The notes: generated by a model not told the origin, from the letters alone. A stretch of 32,000 nucleotides of DNA from Sulfolobus acidocaldarius DSM 639 (GCF_000012285.1 NC_007181.1:2190001-2222000); one strand, 5' to 3'. Positions 8,399 through 18,177 are shown, numbered from the stretch's first letter. Numbers and translations are program-made.

Positions 8399-9826
8399 TT
8401 AACTTATCTTCCTATAAACCAAAACTATTGCAACTATTGCAACTATCAAGCCTATTATACCAGCTATGATACCGCCGTACACTAATGGTGTTAAACTATT
8501 TACTTTACTCTGTAGGCTGTTTAACTGACCACTCAAATTGGTTATACTACTATTTAAGCTACTGATCTTACCTTGTAATGCATTTAACTGACTACTTAAT
8601 GAACTAGCAGTACCACTCAAGGAGCTTATAGTTGAATTTAGTGAGGCTAAGGTGTTCTGCAAACTGGTGATCCTTTGCGATAATGAGCTTAGAGAGCTGT
8701 TAAGAGTTGATATCTGAGTCTGTAAGTTGTTTACCGTCTTCTCTAGGTTAGTTATATTTTGCACTAAACTACTTATCTCCTTATTCACCAAAGCCTGGAG
8801 GTTCTGGTTAGCTTGTACACTCATTAAATACTTTGTAGATAATGTTTGACCGGAAGAAGTTGTATAGTTGGCAACAATCAAGAGCTGGAACACATAGTTC
8901 TGAACAGACTCTGTTGGAGGCATAATTGTTATATTATACATACCGGCATACTTACCAGAGGTAATTACTGAGGCTTTCACTGTTTGTGTTCCATTAGGAT
9001 AGTACACCTGAGCTGAGACTGGAGCAGTTGTAACTCGCTGACCTGCAAAGGATACCTGAGCTAATATATACGCTGGGAGACCTTGATATACCACAATACT
9101 AGATAAGGACGGACCACTGCCAATTACAGTACCATTCTGTATCACATACATTGGAGCTATAGTTACTACGGCAGGAACAAGTGTAATTGTCACACTAGCA
9201 TTTTGCTGACCAGTTATACTCACTGAAGCAGTACTAGCAGCATACCCTTGAAGCGAAGCTACTAACTTAAATGTCTGGGTAACTCCTGGGAACGATAATA
9301 CAGTAAAAGTAGCAACACCTTGCGAGTTAGTAGTCTGAGTAGCTACTAGAGTATTTGAACCTGAAGTCGTATTGTAGAGCTGTACTGTTGCCCCAGCTAA
9401 TGGGGAGCCTTCCTGATTTACTACTGTTGCTGTTATCGTCGAGGTTAATGGCACATATTGCACATTCACAGATGCGCTCTCAGATGTTGTTCCCTGAACG
9501 GACAAGCTGACGGTATAAGTTCCTACGGTAGTAAATCCAGGAGTAGATCCGAATGTGGCAATAGTAGCCGTTAAACCTCCACTTGAGTTAGTTTGATAAA
9601 CGTTGTTGTATACTACATTGCCCTTAGGGTCATATACGTATAGTGTAACTAAGGCATTAGGTTGTGACTGTATGCTAAGCACTAATTGTTGACCATATTT
9701 GTAAGTCTGGTTGGGCACTGGACTGTAAAAAGTTATTCCATTTATAGTTACAGCTGAAATTGCTATTGGAGCTAAAACTAAGCTCAATAATACAATGGGA
9801 GTTAATATAGCTAAGTTCTTATTCAT
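8399..9826 (-). CDS. slaB: S-layer membrane-anchor (stalk) protein SlaB
   Basis: Signal peptide, Thr/Ser-rich beta domains, a long Ser-rich coiled coil (..SLNSSLSSLSQRITSLQNTLASLNSTISSL..) and a single C-terminal TM helix. It sits immediately downstream of slaA. I chose the ATG at 9826 (475 aa, MNKNLAIL) over the track start at 9832 because GGGTG lies 7 nt upstream of it and the length matches my recall of S. acidocaldarius SlaB. Confidence 0.9.
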   Translation of the reverse strand: MNKNLAILTPIVLLSLVLAPIAISAVTINGITFYSPVPNQTYKYGQQLVLSIQSQPNALVTLYVYDPKGNVVYNNVYQTNSSGGLTATIATFGSTPGFTTVGTYTVSLSVQGTTSESASVNVQYVPLTSTITATVVNQEGSPLAGATVQLYNTTSGSNTLVATQTTNSQGVATFTVLSFPGVTQTFKLVASLQGYAASTASVSITGQQNASVTITLVPAVVTIAPMYVIQNGTVIGSGPSLSSIVVYQGLPAYILAQVSFAGQRVTTAPVSAQVYYPNGTQTVKASVITSGKYAGMYNITIMPPTESVQNYVFQLLIVANYTTSSGQTLSTKYLMSVQANQNLQALVNKEISSLVQNITNLEKTVNNLQTQISTLNSSLSSLSQRITSLQNTLASLNSTISSLSGTASSLSSQLNALQGKISSLNSSITNLSGQLNSLQSKVNSLTPLVYGGIIAGIIGLIVAIVAIVLVYRKIS

Positions 9827-9896
9827 ACACATACACCCGATATGTTATAAATTGAGAAAAATTTAAAAAAGGATTTACTTAAAAACATTTTTCCCA

Positions 9897-12800
9897 TCAT
9901 TGAGTTAATGTTACGTTTGTGAATATTAATTGTGCTGGATATTCAGATAGCACTGGACCGCCTGCAAATGGTACTGCGCTTAATACTATAACATATTTAC
10001 CAGCAGGTAAGTTAGATATTCCCTGTAATTGTACATACACTAGTAAGTTTGGTACACTAGTGCCTATACCTAATGCTGGATAGGCTCTTACAGCAGAGTA
10101 AGAGAAGTACACTGGTGCAGCAGTTGGACTTCCAGTATGTACATTGAACTGGGAGGCTTCATAGACGAAAGCCTGTATCTGGAATTCTTGTGGATATGGT
10201 AATATGCTAGTTACATATATCTTCAAAACTTGCTGCTGTGGAGTAATTACTATAGAGCCATTATACTCATACTTCAGCTTTGGAGCATTTGGTAGTGGAA
10301 CTTGAGCAGGAACCTGGAATGGAGCTAACCTAATTGGAGTGAAGTTCTCAGCAGTTATTGGAACTTGAGTAGTTGAAGTTCCTACACCGTCAGAGACAGT
10401 TATAATTGCAGTAGCATTAGCACCTATAGCCGAACCAGTATAGGTTACAAATGGTAATAGGAACAAGCCAGCTGGTCCTAAAGAGTATGCCTTACCGTTC
10501 AAAACAATTGCTAAACTACCATTGGTGTAAACTGCAAATGAAGTCTTAGTTAACGAACTAGGTATTTGGACAACAGTATTGTTTGGAACTATAGTAAATT
10601 GTAAACTTCCAGTAAATGTGCCATTACCCGCAGCTAGTTCAGTTAATGTGGGCAATACGTTTCCAGATAATGTTGCAACAGTCTGTCCATATATGTTAGT
10701 TATTACAGTCTGTCCACTGGTGGAATTATAGTAAACAGAGGCTTTTCCACCTAATCCAACTACAGTAATATTCACTGTACTTAATGATAATATAGCGCTT
10801 GGATTAGTTTTAGCAAACTGTAAATCACTGTAGGTCATGAAAGGCTGCTTTACGACATTTTCAGCTATGAACCATGGTGGGGCAAAAGTTATGTTACCTG
10901 TGTATGGATAAGCAGTTAGTAAGAACTCTACGACACCAGCACCCTTGGCTACTAAGCTTAATGTCGATAGAGCAACCAACTTTGTTGTTGCTGTTAGAGT
11001 TTCGCCAGTTACGTAATCATGGTAAGTTACACTTAATATGCTATTATTCAACTGCTGTACATTTAGATTTAGTAATTTCTCTAATCCGGTTATACTTATT
11101 CCAAACTGGAATGTACCATTGCATGCCTGCAATTCTTGTCCAACTAGCTGTGGGAATAAAGTCTGCATATTGCTGGTCGTTAGAGGTATAACTACAGTAG
11201 TACCATTACTCAATGTTACTGAGATACTCTTTATGAAACCTAGGTACTGCTGGACTGCAGATACACCAAATAACACGTAGTTGGGTGAATTCCATAGTGA
11301 AGTACCATTTGTGCCTAGTCCTATATAGGTTGGTAATGGGCTACCGTAGTAGGGTTCACTCAAGTACAGTGGTACACTTAGCTGGTATAATGGAGTTGTG
11401 GAAGATGGGAAGTATAAGTTTGCAGTTACATTAGGTACACTAACTGTTTTGAATACTTTATACTGTCCTGTTGAGTAGAAGTAATGTAAAACAGCGTAGT
11501 CTGTTGTTGTATATGTCAATTTGATATTTGAACCGACAAAGCTTCCATTTGGAACTACATATATTAGAGTGTTCTGAGACGCGACATATAATCCATTAAT
11601 CATATTATTACCTACCGTAGCACCATCTATTTTGTAAGTAATGTATATGTTCAAATTATAGTTAGGAGTTGCCATACCTGGTAAAGGTGATGGTACTTGA
11701 GCTGCACTTGGTAATAGATACATAAATCCAGGGCTTGAAGTAGATGATGGTAATGAAGCAGAAACTGGGGAGGCAACTATTGATAAACCACCCATCAATA
11801 CGGGCATTCCATTAACAGTCTGTATGAAGTAATAATTATCAGTTGGGTTATTATCAGCGTACTGGGATAGATAGTTGGTATTGCCTGTCAATGCTACAGG
11901 AGAGAATGGACCGGATTGGGCAGTATAAGTGAACGTTGTCACTGCAGCACCCTTATTGAAGTTGCTATAACCAAACACACCAGATGGGTTATATACACTG
12001 CTTCCTGGGAATATTACAGCACCTGTTATATTCATATTACCATACTTTAATGGCAATGAGGATGTAGTAAAGCTTCCAGATGGATATGGATCTAAGACTG
12101 CATCAGGATCATATATTGTCACGGTAACATAGTTGTTTGGACAGATGAAGTTCTGATAATTATATGGTGCTGTCGAAATACTTGGAGGTATAACGATTCC
12201 ATAGAAGTAACCTAGATTTACACTTAATTTATTGTTGACGGTGTCGTAAGCAGACACTGTTACGCTAGTTAAGTTACCCCACAATCCAAAGTCAACTAAG
12301 GCTATATAAGATGTGGATGGAACAGTGAAGAATTCTAACTGTAGTGGTGATGTACCAGTCTCTGTCGCTGGTACTGATGGCGCTAATAAAGTTAAACCAA
12401 ACGGAGCTAGTGTGGTAACCTCGGTCAAATTATTATTCATGACTTGCATTGGCTCCTGAGAACCAGCAAAGGATAATACGTAGTCAGAAGTCTTGTTATA
12501 AAGTGCGCCTATCACATAAGCCATAGCTGTAGTACCATTTATTGCAGCATAACCTGGAGTTACAATAATTCCATTAAAACTATATTGTGTTAGAGGTATA
12601 TTCTCATAAGTTAAGGTTGCATTAGTTAATAGATTTACTGTGGCAGATGCAGAAGTTGCAGTTAATTTTCCTTGGGCAGTTATAGTCGAAGAACCAGTTA
12701 TACTAATCTCAGATGGTGGTGTACTTAATATTGCAGTGGAATAATAAGGCGACTGTGTAGTTGAGACATTAATACCTTCATATGCAACGGCTTTCAATAA

Positions 12801-14171
12801 TATCTGAGATACGTAATTGGTTAAAGTCGGGGTAGAGCCAACAGTTATTTGGACAGTGTAAGGAGTACTGTACCAATTACCTGTTAGTGTAATTGTTGTT
12901 CCAGCTGGACCACCTATCTCATATACTGGTAAGGTATATTTGTTAGAACTTGTAGTAACAGTTACACCCTGTGGTAAGAAATTAGTAGAGCTTGGATATT
13001 CGACTACTAATTTAGTGACATATTCAACTGGAGTTGTTGAGTTTGTACTCCCTACTACTAGTAAGTATACGTAGAACTTCTTGCCATTTATAGTGAAATT
13101 ACCTGATGGATTTATAGTTAGTGCACCTGCAGTTAATTGAGTGCTGTTAGATATTATACCTAAGAAACTCTCGTAACCATTAGAGAATTTATATGATAAG
13201 TAGGTAAAGCTTGTAGGTAAATTGTTTATAGATGCAATCCATGCTAATTGAGCCATATTTATTGTTAGTGGACCAGGTACTGAGTAGTTCAGCTGGAATG
13301 TGAATGGAACTGAACCAGACGCATATGTATCAATTAATGTTGTATTGATTAGAGCTCTTCCCCATATTACAGGATGATAGTATGCTTCAGATGATAATGA
13401 ACCTAAGTTACCATTTACTTGCATTGGGTTATATAATCCAGCCTGGTATGGACTGTTAGAGAATATGAATGGTGCATATAATATTACAGGTACTGTAGAA
13501 CCACTGAAGCTTTGACCACCTAGTGTAAAGGAAGTCAATGTCCCAGAAACTACTCCTTCTTGCATGTTTGTATTAGCTTGTGTTGTATAACTGTTATAAC
13601 TTGTCAAGACTGGATTGGTTCCTAAAATTTGTTGACCAGTAGAAGTGTCAATTAAACTACCAAAAGGAGTTGAGCTAACTGAAGTAACTTGCGCACCAGT
13701 CTCGTCATATGGTTGAGCAGTTAGTAGACCTGGTAAATATTTAGATAGGTAGCTTAATGGTATATTAACAGAGGTCGTAGTATATGGATATAGGAAACTA
13801 ACTACAACAAACACTACTTTATCTACAGAATCATAATATGCGTTGTAACCACTGGTTGGGAATCTAACCGTCACTGAACCCGTTGTAGCACCTGTCTGAG
13901 CGTTTTCTGTTTTAGCATTTATTTGAATGTTGGATACTACTGTGGATATTACGTTTGTGACATTTGAACTAGAGACTTGGATGTTGGACACATTTACTAC
14001 AAATAATACTAATCCGGAAGCTGGAGCTCCGGAACCTGTTAATAGGTAAGCCTGTATTCCGCCTGCAGACACTGGTGGAGTTAGTGCTGTCGTTGTTATT
14101 GCTGGAGCTATTCCAATTAATATTGAAGCTAGGAATAGAGAGGATACAAGAAGACCTACGAGTTTATTCAT
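9897..14171 (-). CDS. slaA: S-layer lattice glycoprotein SlaA
   Basis: Very large secreted protein rich in Thr/Ser/Asn/Val with many N-x-S/T sequons, an N-terminal signal peptide and no TM anchor. The sequence matches my recall of S. acidocaldarius SlaA. The track start at 14186 is a TTG. The ATG at 14171 (MNKLVGLLVSS) gives 1424 aa, the length I recall for SlaA. Confidence 0.92.
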   Translation of the reverse strand: MNKLVGLLVSSLFLASILIGIAPAITTTALTPPVSAGGIQAYLLTGSGAPASGLVLFVVNVSNIQVSSSNVTNVISTVVSNIQINAKTENAQTGATTGSVTVRFPTSGYNAYYDSVDKVVFVVVSFLYPYTTTSVNIPLSYLSKYLPGLLTAQPYDETGAQVTSVSSTPFGSLIDTSTGQQILGTNPVLTSYNSYTTQANTNMQEGVVSGTLTSFTLGGQSFSGSTVPVILYAPFIFSNSPYQAGLYNPMQVNGNLGSLSSEAYYHPVIWGRALINTTLIDTYASGSVPFTFQLNYSVPGPLTINMAQLAWIASINNLPTSFTYLSYKFSNGYESFLGIISNSTQLTAGALTINPSGNFTINGKKFYVYLLVVGSTNSTTPVEYVTKLVVEYPSSTNFLPQGVTVTTSSNKYTLPVYEIGGPAGTTITLTGNWYSTPYTVQITVGSTPTLTNYVSQILLKAVAYEGINVSTTQSPYYSTAILSTPPSEISITGSSTITAQGKLTATSASATVNLLTNATLTYENIPLTQYSFNGIIVTPGYAAINGTTAMAYVIGALYNKTSDYVLSFAGSQEPMQVMNNNLTEVTTLAPFGLTLLAPSVPATETGTSPLQLEFFTVPSTSYIALVDFGLWGNLTSVTVSAYDTVNNKLSVNLGYFYGIVIPPSISTAPYNYQNFICPNNYVTVTIYDPDAVLDPYPSGSFTTSSLPLKYGNMNITGAVIFPGSSVYNPSGVFGYSNFNKGAAVTTFTYTAQSGPFSPVALTGNTNYLSQYADNNPTDNYYFIQTVNGMPVLMGGLSIVASPVSASLPSSTSSPGFMYLLPSAAQVPSPLPGMATPNYNLNIYITYKIDGATVGNNMINGLYVASQNTLIYVVPNGSFVGSNIKLTYTTTDYAVLHYFYSTGQYKVFKTVSVPNVTANLYFPSSTTPLYQLSVPLYLSEPYYGSPLPTYIGLGTNGTSLWNSPNYVLFGVSAVQQYLGFIKSISVTLSNGTTVVIPLTTSNMQTLFPQLVGQELQACNGTFQFGISITGLEKLLNLNVQQLNNSILSVTYHDYVTGETLTATTKLVALSTLSLVAKGAGVVEFLLTAYPYTGNITFAPPWFIAENVVKQPFMTYSDLQFAKTNPSAILSLSTVNITVVGLGGKASVYYNSTSGQTVITNIYGQTVATLSGNVLPTLTELAAGNGTFTGSLQFTIVPNNTVVQIPSSLTKTSFAVYTNGSLAIVLNGKAYSLGPAGLFLLPFVTYTGSAIGANATAIITVSDGVGTSTTQVPITAENFTPIRLAPFQVPAQVPLPNAPKLKYEYNGSIVITPQQQVLKIYVTSILPYPQEFQIQAFVYEASQFNVHTGSPTAAPVYFSYSAVRAYPALGIGTSVPNLLVYVQLQGISNLPAGKYVIVLSAVPFAGGPVLSEYPAQLIFTNVTLTQ

Positions 14172-14891
14172 ACTTTTCACTTTCAAGGAAAAACATCAGG
14201 GAAAATAGTTTAAAAACTCTTTTATACACATGTATACAATAGTATATGTGTTAAAATCTATGTTATAATTATTTTAAATCTATTTTAGAAGAGTTATAAA
14301 TTCTATGTTATAAGCGTCCACTTAGGGTAAGCTAGATAATTCAGAAACCAAGTGAAAGAACACCCTTTAGACTTCCAAATTCCCTTCGAAATTGATTAAC
14401 CATATAGCTAATAGGGCATATAAAGAAGAGGCTTAGATTCCTTAGACATTTACCGATATTTAAAATAGATAAAATATTCAGTCAAGTCTATTATATCACT
14501 ATATTCCTAATCAACGTTAACTTTTCCATTAGAAAATATTTTTAGTTGTGTAATTTCCACAGCCAAAAGAGAATTAAGTACAGACGGAGTGTAAAATTTA
14601 TGGTGGAACTGACTACATAATGGATAAATGAAATCCACTAGTAAATACCTCGGCGAGATAAAGTACTATTAGTTTGCTGTATATTTCAGTTTTTTATAAC
14701 ACCTTTTATTTTATAAATTTCTAGCTATCTTCTATAACCTTAGCTAAATCCCTTTATAAATATCAAGGACTATAACATTCTTTTGTAACTACATACTAAA
14801 TTTACTCTAGTATATCGAAACTCATGTTTTCATATACCAATGTAGTCATCGGAGAAATTTTATTTACTCAGTTTGTTACTGTAGTGTCAAC

Positions 14892-16832
14892 ATGAAAACC
14901 GTAAAAAGTGTAAGTATTGTAGGTCTAATACTCCTCTCCTTATGCCTGAATACATTCCTATTCACCTCACAGACTACTGCTGGTAATCAGACAACGAATT
15001 CTAACGCGGGAGTCTATATTGCACCAAATAATCTGTTAAACCCATTAGCCTCCTCTCCACCCACTATTCCAGTGTTTACCACAACAAACCAGGCAACATT
15101 TACTTTTTATGTAATAAATAGTAGAAGTACTCAAGCTACCATTCCAGTCTATGTAGATTCCTCCCTTTATACAACTCTCACTCTACCACCATACTCGTAC
15201 AAACCAATTTCACTTCAACTAAGCACCGGTTTGCACACAATTTCTGCTAATAGCGAGACAGTTAATGTAAATGTCACAACTGTTCAGAACGCGATTAATG
15301 GTATTATGTACTTAAATGGCACACCAACTTTAATTACTATCAACGCTAATCCTGGAAAGGTCTACAGTCTCTTCTATTCCTACTCACCACAAGTCCAAAA
15401 CCTTAGCTTGATCTCTCAAGGGTTCATAACCAACTTAGCAAATAACTACTGGGAGACCTCTTACGTTTTTCCAAGCCCAGGTAATAAGTTGTTAATAATA
15501 GTACCACAGAATATATCTCAGGGGCTTTACTACGCATATTATTACTCTGTCTTCGCAGGGTTTGTAAACGGTACAGAAATTCCTAACTCTTATGTCTACG
15601 GTATAGTACTTATTAACGTGAGTTATGGCATACCTTCTTCATTACCATCTCCAGTTAAATACTTTGGACAAGGAGGAATAAGCGCATTTGTTGAGAATAT
15701 ATCAGGAAATACTTATCTACAAATAAACTATCCGTTCTCTTTCCAGAATGTATATAACGTAACTGTATTGACTAACGGAAAAGAACAGACATACATACTC
15801 ACTAACACCTCAGGAGGTAATTATGTAATTTTAGGAACCCCCTACAGTCCCTCAGTCTATGGTACAAATACTCAGTGGAGCTATTCCAACAGCTCAATAA
15901 TGCTAAAATTACCTCAGTTCAGTAGTGGAATAGTTAAAGTCACAGGACCTTATGGTAATGCCGTAGTTAACTTGAGTGAATCTAGTAAGATTAGCTTGGT
16001 TACTACTACCCTTAAAGTGGTCTCCGTGAATGGCTCTCCAATTCAAGGGGCTACAATAGATGTATATAACATGACCACCAAGTCCCTTATTACTACTTTG
16101 CAGACAAATTCAACAGGTTTAACTGCTCTTCAATTACCGCAGGGTACTCAAGTGGAAATATATGTTAAAGCAAACGGCTATTTATCAAATTCAACAGTAC
16201 TCAACGTTACACAACAGGGAGAACTGACAATATACTTAAAGCCCATAGTCGTGAGCATTACTCCATCAGTGGTTTTAGTTAATGGCACACAAACCTCACT
16301 GGTCTTAACCAAAACAGGTTATGAGTTGGCAAAGAACATTACAGTTGGTTCAACAATAGAGTTTAACTTTACTGTAAAAGTTAGCGGAATGGTTATGAAC
16401 AACGTCTCAGTAACTGCGTATATTAATGGTAATATGGTAACAGTTGAGTCATTAGGTAATGGTAACTACTCTGTAGTATTCAAACCTACCAACACGGGAA
16501 CATATAATTTAACATTAGTTGCAAACTATAATGGAGTGAGCAACAGAACAATGATAGAATTTTACACACATCAATTGCCTGTAACCACTGGAACCAGTAC
16601 ATCAACTAGTACAACAACTAGTACGACGACTTCTACTACAACTAGCTCAACCAGTAGTACAACAACTAGCAGTGCCACAACAACAACTTCCACTTCAACT
16701 ATTACTACTACTCCACAGAGTAGTTCCACAAAACCTTCAACGAGTTCAGGATTTCCCGTGATTCCAGTAATAATAGTGGTAATAATAGTAATTGTAATTG
16801 TAGCAATCATACTCTTGATAAGGAGAAGATAA
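14892..16832 (+). CDS. Secreted, C-terminally membrane-anchored glycoprotein with a SlaB-like beta-sandwich (carboxypeptidase-regulatory-like) domain and a Ser/Thr linker
   Basis: 646-aa ORF with a signal peptide (MKTVKSVSIVGLILLSLCLNTFLF), many N-x-S/T sequons, a roughly 55-residue poly-Thr/Ser linker and a terminal TM helix plus RRR. Residues 371-451 align by eye with SlaB track residues 133-220 (VV...GSP..GAT...YN.T..S...T..TNS.G). Confidence 0.85.
   Translation: MKTVKSVSIVGLILLSLCLNTFLFTSQTTAGNQTTNSNAGVYIAPNNLLNPLASSPPTIPVFTTTNQATFTFYVINSRSTQATIPVYVDSSLYTTLTLPPYSYKPISLQLSTGLHTISANSETVNVNVTTVQNAINGIMYLNGTPTLITINANPGKVYSLFYSYSPQVQNLSLISQGFITNLANNYWETSYVFPSPGNKLLIIVPQNISQGLYYAYYYSVFAGFVNGTEIPNSYVYGIVLINVSYGIPSSLPSPVKYFGQGGISAFVENISGNTYLQINYPFSFQNVYNVTVLTNGKEQTYILTNTSGGNYVILGTPYSPSVYGTNTQWSYSNSSIMLKLPQFSSGIVKVTGPYGNAVVNLSESSKISLVTTTLKVVSVNGSPIQGATIDVYNMTTKSLITTLQTNSTGLTALQLPQGTQVEIYVKANGYLSNSTVLNVTQQGELTIYLKPIVVSITPSVVLVNGTQTSLVLTKTGYELAKNITVGSTIEFNFTVKVSGMVMNNVSVTAYINGNMVTVESLGNGNYSVVFKPTNTGTYNLTLVANYNGVSNRTMIEFYTHQLPVTTGTSTSTSTTTSTTTSTTTSSTSSTTTSSATTTTSTSTITTTPQSSSTKPSTSSGFPVIPVIIVVIIVIVIVAIILLIRRR
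16584..16748 (+). repeat. Low-complexity ACN/AGY codon repeat encoding the Thr/Ser linker
   Basis: The DNA reads act agt aca aca act agt acg acg act tct act aca act agc ... and encodes TTGTSTSTSTTTSTTTSTTTSSTSSTTTSSATTTTSTSTITTT. The complementary strand gives the spurious Val-rich ORF 16571..16810. Confidence 0.8.
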
Positions 16833-16857
16833 GGGAAGGACAGGTATTAATAAAAAA

Positions 16858-16878
16858 TTTTTTATCGATTGTATTTTT
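16858..16878 (+). terminator. Oligo-T tracts after the 646-aa gene
   Basis: T6 at 16858-16863 (part of an A6T6 palindrome) and T5 at 16874-16878, 26-46 nt after the stop codon. Confidence 0.5.
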
Positions 16879-17062
16879 ATGTTCAGAAGTTTTCCTTATC
16901 AGCTTTACTTGTGGACTAACTTCAGATATCAGCTCAACTAGAAACAGCTTGCAGTGGACTCGACATGTTTAGCTATTCATATAGGTTTAACAGGATAAGA
17001 TACTAGTTATGGATAACTTTGTATGTTGTAAGTAATGAACAATTTTGTATACACTTGGTGGT

Positions 17063-17497
17063 TTAATCAGTAGCTATTATTCTACTTAGTTTTTTAACGT
17101 GATTAACATAGAACAATAATTCATGCCTATTTAATCTGGTTTCATGAAACCCTTCCACATGAAGTATCCAGGCGGATTTCCAGATGTCACTCAAATCTTT
17201 ATAGTATAACGAAAGCTGCTTTACAGCTAAGAAGAGTAAATCCGCCCTCCACCTGTCAATCTTTCTAAGGTCTTTGAGAACAGGAATTTGATGTTTTATC
17301 GCTAGAAGTTTTATTGCCTCCTCAGCAGCCTTATAATACTTCTCAGAAGCCTGAACCAAATCACCCAAACCTAAAAACTCATCCCCTTCCCTCAAATACA
17401 CTTCAGCAGCAGTTTCTACTAGCATCAAGTTATCATATTCAAATGAAAATTTAGGAACATTATAAGAAAGCCCTAAAGAGGACAAGCCCATTTTCAA
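17063..17497 (-). CDS. PaREP1-family (HEPN-like four-helix) protein
   Basis: 144-aa all-helical ORF. The motifs ASEKYYKAAEEAIKLLA and ILHVEGFHE resemble the PaREP1 family pattern. The assignment is from memory. Confidence 0.5.
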   Translation of the reverse strand: MKMGLSSLGLSYNVPKFSFEYDNLMLVETAAEVYLREGDEFLGLGDLVQASEKYYKAAEEAIKLLAIKHQIPVLKDLRKIDRWRADLLFLAVKQLSLYYKDLSDIWKSAWILHVEGFHETRLNRHELLFYVNHVKKLSRIIATD

Positions 17498-17778
17498 CCT
17501 TTATCGATGTGAGTACATAAATTACACGACTAATTAGAACTAACTTCTTACCTAAAAACCAAACCTTAGTAAGTCTCTGTAACTGAACACTAGGATAAGG
17601 AGGGAGAGTTCTTTTTCAGAACTTCAAAAGTTGGTAAAATCAAGAGATGACTTTTTACGTTGTAATATTCTAGATATTATGCGAATATACTTTTCAATTA
17701 TTTGGAAGCTAATTGCCATTATCGCTATACGTCTAATACGAAAAAATTAAATTGGGTAGGAGTCATATTAGATTTCAT

Positions 17779-17852
<74 letters not shown>

Positions 17853-18177
17853 CATTTATTAAATGTGTGTATTGAAACCTACATGTATACCTTTTCTATG
17901 ATAATAAGGAATAATTTAATATTGCAGAATGCGTAAATAGAGTTACTAATTTAATAAGATGTATAAATATGGATTCTTAATTTTATTTAGAATTTATTAA
18001 GTTTATTATCTAGTATATCACAGATTTCCAATTTTTCATATTATACATTTCATTGTAGAATGGAAAACACACTAAGTTGTTTATTGGTACTTTGGGTAAA
18101 AAGATGCTTATCATGCTAATCTAAGTGAGGTCTGTTTCTATCCAAAATAGTAACTTTGTTTACTCTAAATTCCCTCC

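Noticed and set aside
10874-11280. Two plus-strand ORFs (105 and 80 aa) inside slaA
   Set aside because: They are antisense to the strongly supported slaA CDS, have Cys/His/Leu-rich nonsense-like composition, and show no start context.
14257-14313. 12-bp direct repeat TCTATGTTATAA (14257-14268 and 14302-14313) upstream of slaA
   Set aside because: My rough estimate is that an exact 12-mer recurrence within 700 bp of roughly 25-30% G+C DNA is not improbable by chance. It is kept only as a possible regulator-site lead.
16571-16810. 79-aa Val-rich minus-strand ORF
   Set aside because: It is the complement of the ACN/AGY Thr/Ser linker repeat of the 646-aa gene, a low-complexity artefact.
16881-16960. 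Minus-strand C/D-box-like motifs (GCUGAUA twice, CUGA twice) and repeated ATCAGCT/GTGGACT words
   Set aside because: The C-like boxes lack the second GA (UGAUAU, UGAUAA). The spacings (0 and 10 nt) do not fit C-guide-D architecture, and the region is not G+C-enriched.
17853-18177. 325-bp very AT-rich ORF-free stretch after tRNA-Ala, considered as a remnant of an integrated element
   Set aside because: There is no duplicated tRNA 3' segment, no integrase fragment and no inverted terminal repeats. It looks like an ordinary AT-rich spacer.
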